A stretch of 64,000 nt of DNA from Kondoa subrosea (taxonomy: Eukaryota). Under the pieces are notes generated by a model that searched no databases, was not told the DNA's origin, and worked only from the letters and a program-made list of their open reading frames with translations. Shown here in pieces: positions 26,755-39,382 of this stretch (position 1 is its first letter; each line of letters starts with the position of its first letter). The stretch spans positions 2,117,060 to 2,181,059 of the forward strand of contig BCIN01000003.1 in NCBI GenBank assembly GCA_039545335.1. Direction: 5' to 3'. The position numbers were made by a program, and so were the translations under genes.

Positions 26755-27088
26755 AATCTCTTTTTGCGTTTCCACATGCGGCCGTCGGCTTTCCTGTTTC
26801 TCTTTCCTAGTACCTCTTTTACTTCCTCTTGTTCGTGAGCGCTGCGGTCTGCGCTCGAGAATGTGGTCCTGTCTCGATCCAGGCAATATGCAGAAGATTG
26901 CCTGCGACTCAGGGGACATCAGCGGGGGATATGCGCATCCTAGTAGCCACCTCACGCAACGGTAGAGTTTGCAGGCGAGATTGAGCAAATGACGAAACGG
27001 CTAATTTCAGAACCCGTAGCATTAACACCAGCATTTCCATATACAACATAGCTATCGACAAACCCAATTCCCGTCCCTAAACCTTTTC

Positions 27089-27558
27089 TCAGAATCCCAT
27101 TTCCCTTAGACCAACGCAGATCCTTTGATCCATAGTCCTAACACACTCCACAGCCAAAATCTCACAACTCCTTTCCACTTTCCACTTTGCTCCTTCTTTC
27201 AGCTGCGCTTGGTTTAGGTGTATAAAGCGGTAAAGTCTCTGCTGATTGACTTGGAAGGTTTGTGAAAGAATAACGAGGTGGATCAATAGGTTGCCAACTA
27301 TTTTCAAACAAATGAATTAGGATTGTTTCTGAATGAAGAAGAGAGATAGAGGAAAACATACGCTGCTCTCATCATTTGTTTCTCTGCTTCAATCTCTTCA
27401 GCAGTCATTTCCAAATCTTCATCTATGATAAGAATGATTTGTTGCTTGTTTGAACGACGAGGGAGAAGGGTTTTCAAGCCTGAGAGGATTTGTGTGTGTG
27501 TAGAAGGAGTTGCACCGTGAAGAGCACCGAGACCAAGTAGCGAAATAGCGGAAGACAT
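27089..27558 (-). pseudogene. Small PY-motif protein, copy 1; frameshifted by a 7-bp duplication (stop at 27162 as written, ancestral stop at 27089)
   Basis: Homologous to 59892-60298 with the same phase-2 intron. The conserved C-terminus continues in another frame after (CCACTTT)x2 at 27175-27188. Confidence 0.7.
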
Positions 27559-27948
27559 TCTTTGGATATTGGATTGAGATGAGGAAGTAGAAGGCAATCG
27601 CAGATGTGAAAGATGTTGTGAAAGCCATCTCAAGAGCAAAAAGGGATCTTAAGTACTCCAAAATTATCAATCCCATCACATCAAATCGTGCTGAAACTCC
27701 ATCAGAGGTATGAGCGTGAGGTGAAGACAATAGACCAAAATCGGAATCTGACTTCTAGTTCAAGCGAGAGCAAACAGATAATACACACATACTGTGCGAG
27801 CAAGGAAAAGCAGGATGAGAGGCGGCGACGGGAGTATTAGGTTGATGAGAGCGAGTCCTGGATAGTGTCATTATTTCTACCGATCACTGCAAATCAGCTG
27901 CTCTCGAGAGATGCAGGAAATTTGTCTCACTGTATGAAAACCCTAGGC

Positions 27949-28789
27949 TTACTGCGCAGCAAGACAATCCAAATTGTATTTTATGCCCGCTGCGACAATC
28001 TTCTTGACTACCTCCGATTCTCTTTCATCCCGTGGAGCGTATAGCAATACTAACCCATTATCGATGATCGCTCCAGTAGGTGTGGGCTTCCCAGCCAGAG
28101 GAAATGTTACACCCCAAGCTCGTTCAACAACTTGGACAGCATCTTTGGGATGCAAACACACATGCAAAGAAGAATCGGTATGGATGTGTAGGCGATCATG
28201 AGCGAAAGAAGGAGATTGCGATGGTCTTTGCGAATAGCAAGCAAGACCTGAATGACCTTCTCTGACACTTGGAGCGAGAAGAAGATCATTGTTTTCCCCT
28301 TGCAGACGAATGTAAGAAGTGAGGTCTGTCGTTATCTGAGAAGGAATGACAGCTTCAGGTTTATGACGGTGAGGCAAGACCCTAAAGATGCTTTCAGCAC
28401 AGTGTCTCGCTAGCGGACAATGTGCTCACCAGTCTATCATCGGTGGACGAGGACCTGTCCTTTGCGGAAGATCAGATAGATAAGATCGCTCTTCATCGTG
28501 CTCCTTGAGAAATGTGGTGTCCAAAGGGTCTCTATCAATTTCATCAGGTATCGGACAATGCGTGCGTCCTTGCAAACCACCTTCCAGTGAATCTCAATTG
28601 GTGCGATAGCAGCCAAGCACGCCAACCTGAGAAGCCTGCCCTATCCATCAACGCTGTGCACAGTCGCTTCGCGAGCAACATACCGCTCCCTTTAATATCG
28701 CTCCATTGCTGAAAGTCGTGAAGCGCCCAGATCGCGCCTATTGCTGCTGCTGCACCGCTTGCAAGGGACCAGTTGGGAATTCTGCTCAT
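27949..28789 (-). CDS. Luciferase-like (DUF5519-type) domain protein with an N-terminal TM anchor
   Basis: RVLPHRH, LHIHTDSSLHVCLHPKDAVQVVERAWG and LVLLYAPRDERESEVV; N-terminus WSLASGAAAAIGAIWALHDF. Confidence 0.75.
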
Positions 28790-28865
28790 GGTATCGGCAA
28801 TTCCTACGCCCTTTGAGTCAACGGTTGATCGATGTTGTTCTTGAACGAAACGCGATCTGTCCAAA

Positions 28866-29877
28866 ATGGCAGCATGCTCAACTTGGGGCAAAAGGAGCAG
28901 CGGACATAGGATCTTGTGCTTTCATGGCTTGAAGAGCAGTTCCTTGAGTTTCAATCGGATTGCGAAGAGTTTGGCGCAAGATGGTAGGACAACTTGAAGC
29001 ACATTCAACCAAGAAACTAGCGTTGAGGTCTTCTCTTGTTTCTGTCAGGCTTTTATTGTGAAGCCTACGATTACCCTGGACATGGCCGCTCACCAGTCGC
29101 GACTAATGTGGATGACTACACGTTCGATAATTTAGCAAAAGCTATCAAAGCAGAACTCTCCGAGTCCGAAGATGGGCCTATCAAGACTGTGATCGGTCAC
29201 TCTATGGGCTGCCTCGTCGCGCTAGCTATGGTCCCTCTTCTTTCCTCGGCTCCTTCTCGTATCGTTCTTTTGGATCCTGCATACGATGTATCAGATAAAG
29301 CCAGAGAGGGCGCTAGAAACGGATGCAAAAAGGAAGCGGCTCGTTGTCCTAGTATGCAAGATTATCAGCTTGAAGAACCTTTGTACACTCGAGACGATTG
29401 CGTTGGTCAATGTTCATTGGCTTTGTTTTTACTTACTCGTTCGTTTGCTTATCCAGATCGCTGAAGCCTTCAATGCAGCCTCAGTGTCACCAGAAGCTAT
29501 TGACGGTATCATGGATGTTAGTACACTGTCGTTTTCCAATCGATACTTGAACCTCATGAGATTTCCTAGGCAAATGTGCCTTGGACGGATCACGCTAGAT
29601 ACCTGAGAGCTCTACCAGCCAAGGGCATCGAAGTCATCATCGTTGCTGCCGATCCCGAAAAGGGCGCTGTTTTCAACGCTGAAGCTGCTGCGAAAGCACG
29701 AGTCGGTTATCCTGACATAAAGATTGGGTATATGTCAGTCTTCTTCTCATAAAACTTCGGTATATAAATAATTGGTTCCACAGCAAAGGAGCTGGACATG
29801 GACTGCACCGTCAATTCCCTCAAATCGTCGAAGCAATCATCCAAACTGGTGATATCTCAGCTTTGGAGACGCTATAG
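28866..29877 (+). CDS. Alpha/beta hydrolase, paralog B
   Basis: HGLKSS, AYDYPGHGRS, GHSMG, VLLDP, GAGHGLHRQFP. Same four intron positions as paralog A. Confidence 0.88.
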
Positions 29878-30058
29878 CATGTCGCGTTACTTAAAAATCT
29901 GCTACCATATTTTGGTTAAAACAGCCAGGACAGACATGTTTGTGATCATTTCTGGACTATTACAAGTTCCCTTTGTTTCTGTCGTTCTCCGTGTATTCTG
30001 ATATTCGTCATCTTGCTCTTCGTCTTATCTCTTTCTTCATCTGTCTGCTACTGTCTCA

Positions 30059-31239
30059 ATGCAATTCGTCAACGAGAAACGATCCGAGTCTGAAACTTCT
30101 CTGCCGTCCTACAAGACCTCAGTCGAGAACGCTTCGCATTGTTGCCAGCAGCATGCTCCAGCTTACCCTCCCTGCGCTCTAGTCGCACCTCTCCCCGAGC
30201 CTCAAAAGAATCGTGCCGGTCGTTTTGCCTATGGGTAGATCTTGGACTTTTCAGATCGAATAATGTCTCTGAGCTATTTTCAATGATAGGTTCGCTATTG
30301 CCGCTCTTTTGCTCGCTGAGCTAGTCTTGGTCAACTGTGTCGTTCCTCAGCAACCTCTAGTCCTAGCTACTAACCCATTCAGTCAGTCATCTTTCCGAAG
30401 ATAGCTTCTCATGCTAAAATCGGATATAGCTTCATTGGATGTCTTCGCTGTTGGTCTATTTGAAGCTGATCCTATGTGGGATTCATACAATATCGCCCCG
30501 TCGGAAGGTGTCCTCAAGACTTTGGCAGCTACTCATATTCTCGCTGGTAAGTTTCGCAAAACGGCTCTAAACCACATGCTAAGTCTGTTTGTCAGCTATC
30601 TTCACTGCCATGACTATCCTTTCTGCTGTTCTAGCGAAGACTAAGCCGTCTTGCCTCGGCACAAAATTTATCAGATTCTGGAATCTTATCCTTATGGTCC
30701 CCTTTGTCCTGGCTCTGATTTTGTCCTTCGTTGCCTGGATCTGGGATTGGGTCCGTACAGTCTCTATCCAGTACTGATCTTGCGTTTTCGCTGATGTCTC
30801 TCGCTGTGTTATCACAGGCTGTTTTGCAAAAAGCTGTCAATGCGGGTAACGATCCTGATATGATGATCGCTTTCTCGTTAGTTCATTCTACCAATTCAAC
30901 GCACTAGCTGATGCCGACAGTAGAGGCGGAGAAGTTTCGCAAACAATCGCTACTGCCTCTTTCGCTCTCGTTGTGGCCGGTATTCTCTTAGCTTACGACA
31001 CTCGCTGCGAAAAACAGATCGCCGAAAGCAAATGTCCTGCTAAACTGGAGATGCCTTTTGTGATTGGCGAGCCTTCTTCCCCTCTTCATGTTCAACCTCA
31101 AGGCATCAGTCAGCGCATGTCTGTTGCTGAGCAGAACCCCTTTGCCGAATCATCTCAGGTCGAAGCACAACCTCAACCCAAGAGCCATTTCTCGATGGCC
31201 ACCTCCGTCAACGAACGAGCTTCTCGATCTTATGCATGA
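30059..31239 (+). CDS. Uncharacterised multi-pass (about 4 TM) membrane protein
   Basis: Spliced ORF with hydrophobic segments (AIFTAMTILSAVL; LILMVPFVLALILSFVAWIWDW); N-terminal LPSY motif. Confidence 0.6.
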
Positions 31240-31334
31240 AGAGATGTATCATAGAATTCTGATATTAGAGCTGTGTATTTTCATTTAGCATGTTCCTTTT
31301 CTCCCTTACAAACCGTTGTTATTCTATTTGACAA

Positions 31335-32440
31335 TCATTTATACAATGCACCAGCTAGACTTTCCCTGTATCGACTTATCCTTACATCTTTGACCAAATA
31401 AGCAGATTGAAAAGGGTTGCTTAGACCAGGGAAAGGTTTCAGAGCTGATTTTGCTGCCTTGCTGTTCAAACCGCTCAAGACAGCTTCTACTTCCTCTTCC
31501 GAATCTAGACCACTATCCCCATTCTGATCTTCGTACCCAGACTTGGCCGCATCCGAATCGCTCACTTCACCAAACATCAACAGATTCTCTGCTTCCTTCT
31601 TCTTGTTCTTCCTTTTCCTGGGCAGTACAACCTCTTCCGCTACACCCTTCCCACCTTGTCCAGACCCATCTTCACCCTCATTCGATTTAGACTTCTTCAT
31701 TCCATTAGCAGCTAATTGAGCGTTGTGTTTCTCGTTCCACTCTTTCAGGAGCACATCGAATGGGGCAGTCCGACCAGGTACAGCTCTTTTGGCGATGATA
31801 CCATGAGATTTACATGTCAAAGCACGAGAGCAAGCAGTTCCATTATCGTTCAAAACGCAGCATTGACTGTTGGGATCCATAGGACCTTGAGGTTTCGATT
31901 TATTATTGCTTCCTGTTGGTTTAGGTTTCCGTACTGGTACAGGTGGTTTGTTGATTGGTTTCTCAATCGTTGGAGCAGGTGAAGGAGCTGCTACTGAAGG
32001 AGAAGGCTTGAGCTTCTTTGGTGAGTTTGTGTTAGATGCTATAGACAGACGAAGATCAGCGAAAGATTAGGGCTGTATCTGCATGAGCTTACCATCGCTT
32101 AGTCGACGCTTCTTTGGCGAAACTGTGACTTGTTTCTTTTGCTGAGACCCAGTACTCCCTTTCGCATTGTCGCGCTTGCAGTTCTCTGTCCGGCATACAT
32201 GAGCTAAATGCACGGATTGCTCAAATGCCAGACTCACCTCGATGCTGATCTATCGCCTCTGCCAATACAGGTCGACTGCAATCCGGACATGCTACGATAT
32301 CAGGTTCCGCAAATGGATTCGAGTCAGGCAGAGCATTCAGATTGTCGGCATTTGCTTTTTTTCAAAACATTAGCCATTATCGACCATTCTGAGTTTGGAG
32401 ATCTACCATGTAGTTCTGCTTCGACCTCTGACCAGCTCAT
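31335..32440 (-). CDS. SGF73: SAGA deubiquitination module subunit Sgf73/ataxin-7
   Basis: N-terminal ZnF CPDCSRPVL...H..NC, SCA7 domain QCCVLNDNGTACSRALTCKSHG...KRAVPGRTAPFDVLL, and DSEEEVEAVL. Confidence 0.9.
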
Positions 32441-32801
32441 AAGCCCTCCAAGGGTATTCCACTTCAAATGGTATATCGCCGTTCTTGGGAAACCGAAAGT
32501 AGCAATTCGATGAAATGTGCTCGTATTTGCCTCTTGCCTGCATGCCTCATGTGCTCGTGAAGTGCTGTATGCTACATTGCACCAAAGCTTCGTTCCAACT
32601 TGAATCGTGGCCTTCTAGTCTTTTCGTTGTCTTTCTATTGCGGTCCTAATTCACGTACTGCTTCTGCCGGAGCTCCAGCTCTCTCTTTTGCTCCACGATC
32701 TCATCGCTTTCATTTTCTCTGCTGCGCTATCGTCACAACCGAGTTGCTCGAGCGTTAGTAAACGGTAGTATCTTTGTATCTCCCTCTTCGCTGCAAGCAG
32801 C

Positions 32802-33928
32802 ATGGATCAACCATTCCGGCCAAGAGCATCGTCGAGCAGACAAGCTTCACCAGATGGGCATCGAGAAGTACTACAAGCTATTTCTTTTGCTCAAGAGAAA
32901 GGTGAAGCAGGAGTACAAGCGCAAAACGATGGAGATTTTGAAAGTGCTATCGTGCGTTGTCTCTGATATGCTCAGATTGGTATTGAATTGATACTGTGTG
33001 CGAAAAGGTTTACTACACTTCGGCTATCAGTTTACGACCTGAAAGTCGATCTTTGGTCATTACGCTTTTGATCAATCGAGCAACCTGTTTGTATGCGATT
33101 GGTATGAATGGAGTTGTCAAATGCTTCAACAGCGCTCTAGAGGATGTGAAGAAAGTATTGAAGGTATGTACCTGAACCCTGCTTGAACCTATCGTATTGT
33201 CATTGATCCAAGGATGTACACTGGAGCTGGACCCGCAACACTTCAAGGCGTATGTTCTTAAATCACTTGCTTATAATACGCAGGCTGACTGATTGCAATA
33301 GCTTAGGAATCAGAGGGAATCTACATCTGGCTCGATTGGAATTCAATGCAGCAGCGTAAGATCTGACATTATCTGCTGGTTTCAGCTACAAGATGAAGTC
33401 GATCTTACAGATACTGTTTCCGCTGTGCCTCTGATAATGCGCCAACTGAATCACTCCGGCTATTAATGCAATCCGAAGCAGAAGAAGCAGAAGCCTTAGC
33501 AAACTCCGTCTCAGAAGATAGACAACCTTCGTCTGCTCGTTCTACCTCATCTTCTTCTCGTGGTCGAAGTACCAGCGCAAATATCGATCGAAGTCGAAGT
33601 GAATCTAGAGGTCGACCAACTGACCGATTGACGACGGGCAAGAAAGCTTCAAGTAGTTCAAGAAGAAGGGTTTTGGTAGATTATTATGCGGTACTAGGAG
33701 TGCCGAGGAACGCTAGTCTGGAAATCATCAAGACTGCGAGAAGGAAAGCTTTGTTACAGTGTACGTCTAGTAAAGTATGAGGGAATGAAGCTGAACATCG
33801 GTGGTCTAGACCATCCTGATCGGACCGGAGGAGATGCAGAGATATACAATGCTGTCAACGATGCGTGCGAAGTCCTGCTGGACGAAGACAAGAAGTTGCA
33901 ATACGATATGGATCTCTTGCTATTGTAA
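32802..33928 (+). CDS. TPR + C-terminal J-domain (DnaJ) protein
   Basis: TPR-like exons (YTSAISL, LLINRATCL, ALEDVKKV), DYYAVLGVPRNAS...RKALLQ, and HPDR in the last exon. Confidence 0.82.
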
Positions 33929-34215
33929 TGGCTGCCCGCGAGATGTAGAAGATCATTGTCTTGACAGAGATTACGCGTAAATTAGACCGCTGACTGTCGC
34001 TGTTCAGTGATCTCTGAGGCCAGACATCGAAGTAGCTCTATGTAGCAGATCACAGCCGAAGATCAGTCCCTGTTAAGTCAGTCCATCCGAAAGAATTCTT
34101 GAACCTCGACGACCTCTAACGGGCAGCGGTGTTTTTTCTCGACTACTGCGTCGACGACTGGGTCACCACGCGCTTCGGCCTACACAAGGCATTATCGATA
34201 CCACTGCCTTTTACA

Positions 34216-35486
34216 ATGCTGTTTTCCGAAGCGTCAGAGCATCTGCACTGTAGCGAAGCACCGCATGACAGAGTTCAATATACAATCGCTTGCGTTGTTG
34301 CAGTTGGCCTGCTCCTCAGCTATCTGCCACAGCATTACAGAATTATACACAACCAGACAGGCGAAGGATTCTCCCCTTGGTACCTCCTGCTTGGTTCAAT
34401 ATCCTCAATCTCGTCGCTCTTGAATGTAATTACGCTGCAATGGGGTGTCATCAGGTGTTGCCGAGTCTGGACAGCAGGTGCCTGTTTCGAGAACGTGCTT
34501 GGTATAATACAGATTACAACTCAAGCGATCTGCTTCAATCTTATTCTGGTCTTCTTCCTCCTCTTCTTTCCTTCACATCGCAAGTTCGTACATCTGATAG
34601 CAATACAAGAACAAGATGAAAACGCAGAAATTACTCCTGGCACTCGCAATCCGACGCAGCAAGTAGCCAGCACTTCCTACATCACCACAATCAAGTCAGC
34701 TTTCTGGCCATCGCTGTACACCGACAGAAGAGTCAGATCTATCTCTCGTCGATCTTCAGCTTCTTCCGCTTCTTCTGATTTCGACCCTCGCTCAGTCCTA
34801 CTTCCATCTCTGACCCGGAACTCCACGATCTCTCTGTCACCAGAATACCGACTATCTTTAGCAATCGCCTACGTGGTCGTCTTACACAGCGTCTTAACAA
34901 CCTTCATTACTTTACTCCTTCTCCTCGGTCTCCCCAAGATTTCAGATACACCTGATGAACATTCTTCACCTCATCCACCTAATTCTGTCTGGGTGGTTCG
35001 ATATTGGGCTACATTCTTAGGATTGGAATCTACTTTCTTGGCATGCTTTCAATACTTACCTCAATTATGGGCAACCTATAAATCAAGACTTGTCGGATCA
35101 TTGAGTATCTCAATGATGCTTATTCAAGCTCGTCAGTCTGTTCTGCGTCAGATCAACAGGAGCTGATCAGGATCGTAGCCGGGAGTTTCCTTTTCGTCTA
35201 TCAGTTTCTTGGGAGAGATGGAGTCAATTGGTCAACGTGGATGACCTACCTTCTCACCGGTGTACTGCAATCAATTCTGTTGGTAATGTGTATTGCGTGG
35301 AAGATCAGGCAGAGGTGCCAATTCTTTAACTACTCAAAGTCAGAATTGAACTAATGATGCGCTTTCAGAGCATGTGGAGTTGACGACTATGGGAAGAGTA
35401 TCACGCCTAAAGAAGATACACCGCATCAAGCTGGAGAAACGAGTCCCTTGATTGGAGGTGGAATTACTCGCAGGGTTTCAAGGTGA
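34216..35486 (+). CDS. PQ-loop repeat membrane protein
   Basis: LLSYLPQHYRII...GEGFSPWYLLLG and FQYLPQLWATY...VGSLSISMMLIQ. Confidence 0.9.
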
Positions 35487-35682
35487 TATCATGTGTCAAG
35501 CCGGGTAAGATTACAACTGCTGACGGACTTCAAACGTCGCTGATATGCTATAGGTAGTCTGAATAGTATATACCAAGCATATGAGAAAATTTTTCACGGA
35601 AGTCGATCTTCCCATGTGTAATTCGGAAGGACTTTTACTATTGCATGTAGTATACACATTTGTTTGACTTTGACTAATCGAC

Positions 35683-37180
35683 TCATGCACCTGGTGTCTT
35701 TTCACCTGTACTCTTCTGTTTCGCCTCTTCCTTCTTCGCAGCCTCGGCCTTTGACTTAGCTTCTTTCTCTCTGTTCGCTTTCTCTTCCTTCTCCTTCTTC
35801 TCAGCTTCCTCGTCTACACAGATATATTCAGCTCTGACGATATTTGCAGCCGTGCAAAACTTACTCTGTTTCCTCTCTTCTTCTTGCTTTTTTGGTACAT
35901 TAGTCAATTTGATGTAAGCATCGCTTGTCATGCTCATGTCCACATCACCACCCATCTTGCCTTTCACAATATGACCTTCTTTCCCTTCACCAGATTGTTG
36001 ACTTGAAGCTAAATCATTGGCAGCTTGCTTATTGATTTCGTTCAACCTTCTTCCAGTCGTTGCTAATTTCGAACCAGGTCCAAAGTAGTTTGTTCCTCCC
36101 AATGTTAGAAGAATCGAAGATCCAACCATGGCCGTCAACCAGAATCGATAGGTTGAATACCATTTAGGTGCTGTCATACCAATTCCGCATCAGATCTCAT
36201 ACCATATGTCTGTTGATAACAGAAGAAACTCACTCCAGCCATTTGTGGTAGCTCTTTGGTCCATCCACCAAGTTCCGGCAAAGGCAGCCCATTGAGCAGC
36301 TAAAGCTTGAGTACCAGGTAGAAGAAGAGTGGGCATAGCGACTACTACAGGAGCGATACCGAGAAGATATCTTGGCGTTCCCTGCTGACCTCCAAACTTT
36401 GCGAATTCTAGGCACATACATTAAGTAGGGTATTAGTAAAATGAGAGTTGACTGACCAAGACCCCAATGGATGGCTCCAATGAAGGAAAGGATGATAGCT
36501 CCATAGCCTACTTGAATGTTCTCTGTATGATGTAGAAGAGCCATAGCGGTTTCCAAGTCTAATGTGCTGCTTTCTGGAGCTGTACGACATGGAAGCACCG
36601 GATATCAGACTCATGCTGATGACCACTATTTTCTAACGCACAAGTAGCTAGAGTTGCTTGACGCGCGCAATAGATTGTTGCCATTGATGTACCGACATAT
36701 GGTACCAATCCAGCTGCACCGAAGAACAGCGCTTGCCTGGGAACGACCTGTACAATCTCCTTGACTCCACTCTGTGCATCATGGTCAACAAATTATCTGC
36801 AAAGCAGAATAGATAGCGAGATAACGCACCAAATCCGAAGTGATTGCTTGCATTGTTCCCTGCTCATGCCCAATTTGCGAAGTCTTTGCATTAGCTCCAG
36901 CGATAGTCTTTGTAATATCTTGCACAATCGTCTTTGCTTCATCCTAATTTCCCATAAGTCAATACACAGAATGCCAGTTTTACCGGAATCGTGAAAGATA
37001 AAAGCGAACCTTTGCGTTTTCTTTGAGCTCCTTCATGTTCTCTGATGCAGGCATGTGAGATACTTGACTGGTTGCATATCGCTTTGATACAAGGATGGGC
37101 GACAAAGCTGGTGCGGAGGATTGCAAGGTTGCAGGTCGGGCATAGGCTGCCAAGCGCTTGTTAGCCAGTCGGAAGGCCAT
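35683..37180 (-). CDS. DUF3429-family membrane protein, probably mitochondrial
   Basis: Presequence-like MAFRLANKRLAAYAR; QVGYGAIILSFIGAIHWGLEFA; APKWYSTYRFWLT. Confidence 0.82.
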
Positions 37181-37389
37181 ATCTACTATTGAAGGATTTA
37201 TTGAGGCAAGTGAGCCGCGGTAAGAGAGCAACCGGTCGAAATGGCATTATCCATGACTTCATACCCATACGGCCAAGATTCTCGCATTGTTTCTCCTTTC
37301 TGGCCTGTGTTGACTACATGCGCATCAGATCACATAGACCTGTATCTGAGTAGTCCTCTAAAACCCGTTTTGTCTTCCCTTCCGCCTTC

Positions 37390-38165
37390 ATGACTTGCGT
37401 AACTGCACACGCAGCATATTGCTTCAATGTCCTTGCAGCTCATCTGAACAAGACCTCTCTGCCTCCTGCAACAGATCTGCCTCACGGAAATGAAGATTTC
37501 CCTCTGTTTGTGACTTGGAATATCCGGTCTTCTTCTGCTACTGATTGGAGCAAAGCGAGGTTGAGAGGCTGTATTGGTAATTTCAGTGGGATGCCTTTGG
37601 AGAAAGGGTTAAGAAAATATGCAATCATTTCGTTCGCTTCTGTTTTCAGACTATCAAGCTTGTATTTCGTCTGATGAGGATTGGATCAGGGCAATGAAGG
37701 ATACTCGATTTAACCCTATTTCGCTCTCTGACCTACCACGATTGGAATGCGGGTCCGTCTTTCATTTATTCTCCAAGTATTTCTTCTTCTTATGATATGT
37801 ACAGAGTCTCGCTTTTGACACACTTCGAACCTTGTTCCAACGCATACGATTGGGAACTTGGTAAACATGGCATTCACGTCTATATCCCTCAATCGAACGG
37901 AGCAAGAGAATTAAGTGCTACTTTCTTACCGGATGTAGCACCTGAACAAGGTTGGTCGAAAGAAGAAACTTTGGAACATGCGATTCGGAAATCGGGGTGC
38001 AGGTCAATCTTCCTTGCTTGCTTTGTTTGCATGAATATTTCAACTGATGCAGAGAATAGAGCAAAGATTGATGAGCAGCTGATTGAGAGACTGAGGGTTG
38101 AGCGATACCAGTCTAGCAAGTGTAAGATGAATTATGATGAATGGAAAGTAGGCAAGGACGTATGA
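37390..38165 (+). CDS. AMMECR1-domain protein
   Basis: FPLFVTWN, RLRGCIGNF, DTRFNPI, VSLLTHFE, DWELGKHGI, ATFLPDVAPEQGW, RYQSSK. Confidence 0.95.
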
Positions 38166-38353
38166 GTTCCGGCTGCATGTATATTCTATGTCAATGTAGT
38201 TAAAAGACTTCATGTACGAATTCATGGACGACTTGGTCAAATGACGGCGGAGACGGTTTTCTTCAAACGGTTACTCGAACTCCTGGTTGATATATCATAT
38301 TCCAGTGCAGTTACTGGTATACCACTTGCGCTTACGATACCTAGGACGCACAA

Positions 38354-39382
38354 ATGTCTCGGCATCGATTGGTCAAACAATTGAACATAGCAGGTGCGAA
38401 GAAATTGCTTTCAGTCTTGCCTGTTCAGGCATTCTGACTTGCGATGCTTATACAGACGAGCTAGACGACGATGCTTTAGACTATGATGCAGGCGAAGACT
38501 ACGACATGGACGAAGGGCAGCGAGCTCAGATGGATTCTGGCGTTCAAGCAATTCAGGCAATACTTGGGTCTCAATCGGGGATAGAAGAGAAGGATATCAG
38601 AGAGGCTCTGTGGAATTATTACTTTGATGTGGATCAATCTGTAGAAGCATTATTAGGTGGGTCGAATGCGATAAACGCTTGAGATCTGGCCTGAATCGTG
38701 AGGGTAGATGAGAAGCATAGAAAGGAAGCTGCTGAAGCCAAGAAACAGGGTGAGCCATACTTCCTTTCTTCTACCTCTTGCCTTTCCTTTCCTCTTCTTC
38801 TCGTCGATGGATCAAACCCGTTTATTTCGACTTGCTTCAGACGAAACAATACCAGTAACAGAAGATCTACAATCGTTGCAAATACAATTTCAACCTCCGC
38901 CTGCAAAGATGTCTTTATCGCAATTAGCCGCTGCTCGCTCAGCTGTCAAGACCTCTTCCGCTCGACCGAAAACAGCTGCAGAATCAGCAAGCAAGACTAC
39001 ATTAGTACCAGCTGAGGCCAAGCCGATGTCTAAATTGGCTGCTTTAGCCGCTGCACGAAAGGAAGCAGCAGAAGCCAAACCCCTCTCAAAGCTTCAACAA
39101 AGAATGCAAGGCCTGCCTACCAAGAAAGCCTCTACCGCTATACCAGAGCCAATAGTCGAGTCTCTACCTAAATCTGCGTTGTTTGATCAGTGTCAAGATG
39201 TTTCTGCTACACCCTCGCCATTTGCACATACCCTCATACCAACGAACTGCGAACCATACATTGTAGCTCAGCAATCAGTCGTCCAACTAAGTCAGATATT
39301 CCCTTCTGCCTTCAATCAGCCATCTCCAGACGATATAGTCAATACTGCTCGGAAATCAGCAACTTTCAACAAACGCAAATAA
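38354..39382 (+). CDS. Ski7-like short isoform from the HBS1 locus (proximal acceptor at 38840; no GTPase domain)
   Basis: In-frame exon 38841-39382 carries SKLAALAAARK, ATPSPFA and AFNQPSPDDIV, then a TAA stop. Confidence 0.8.
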
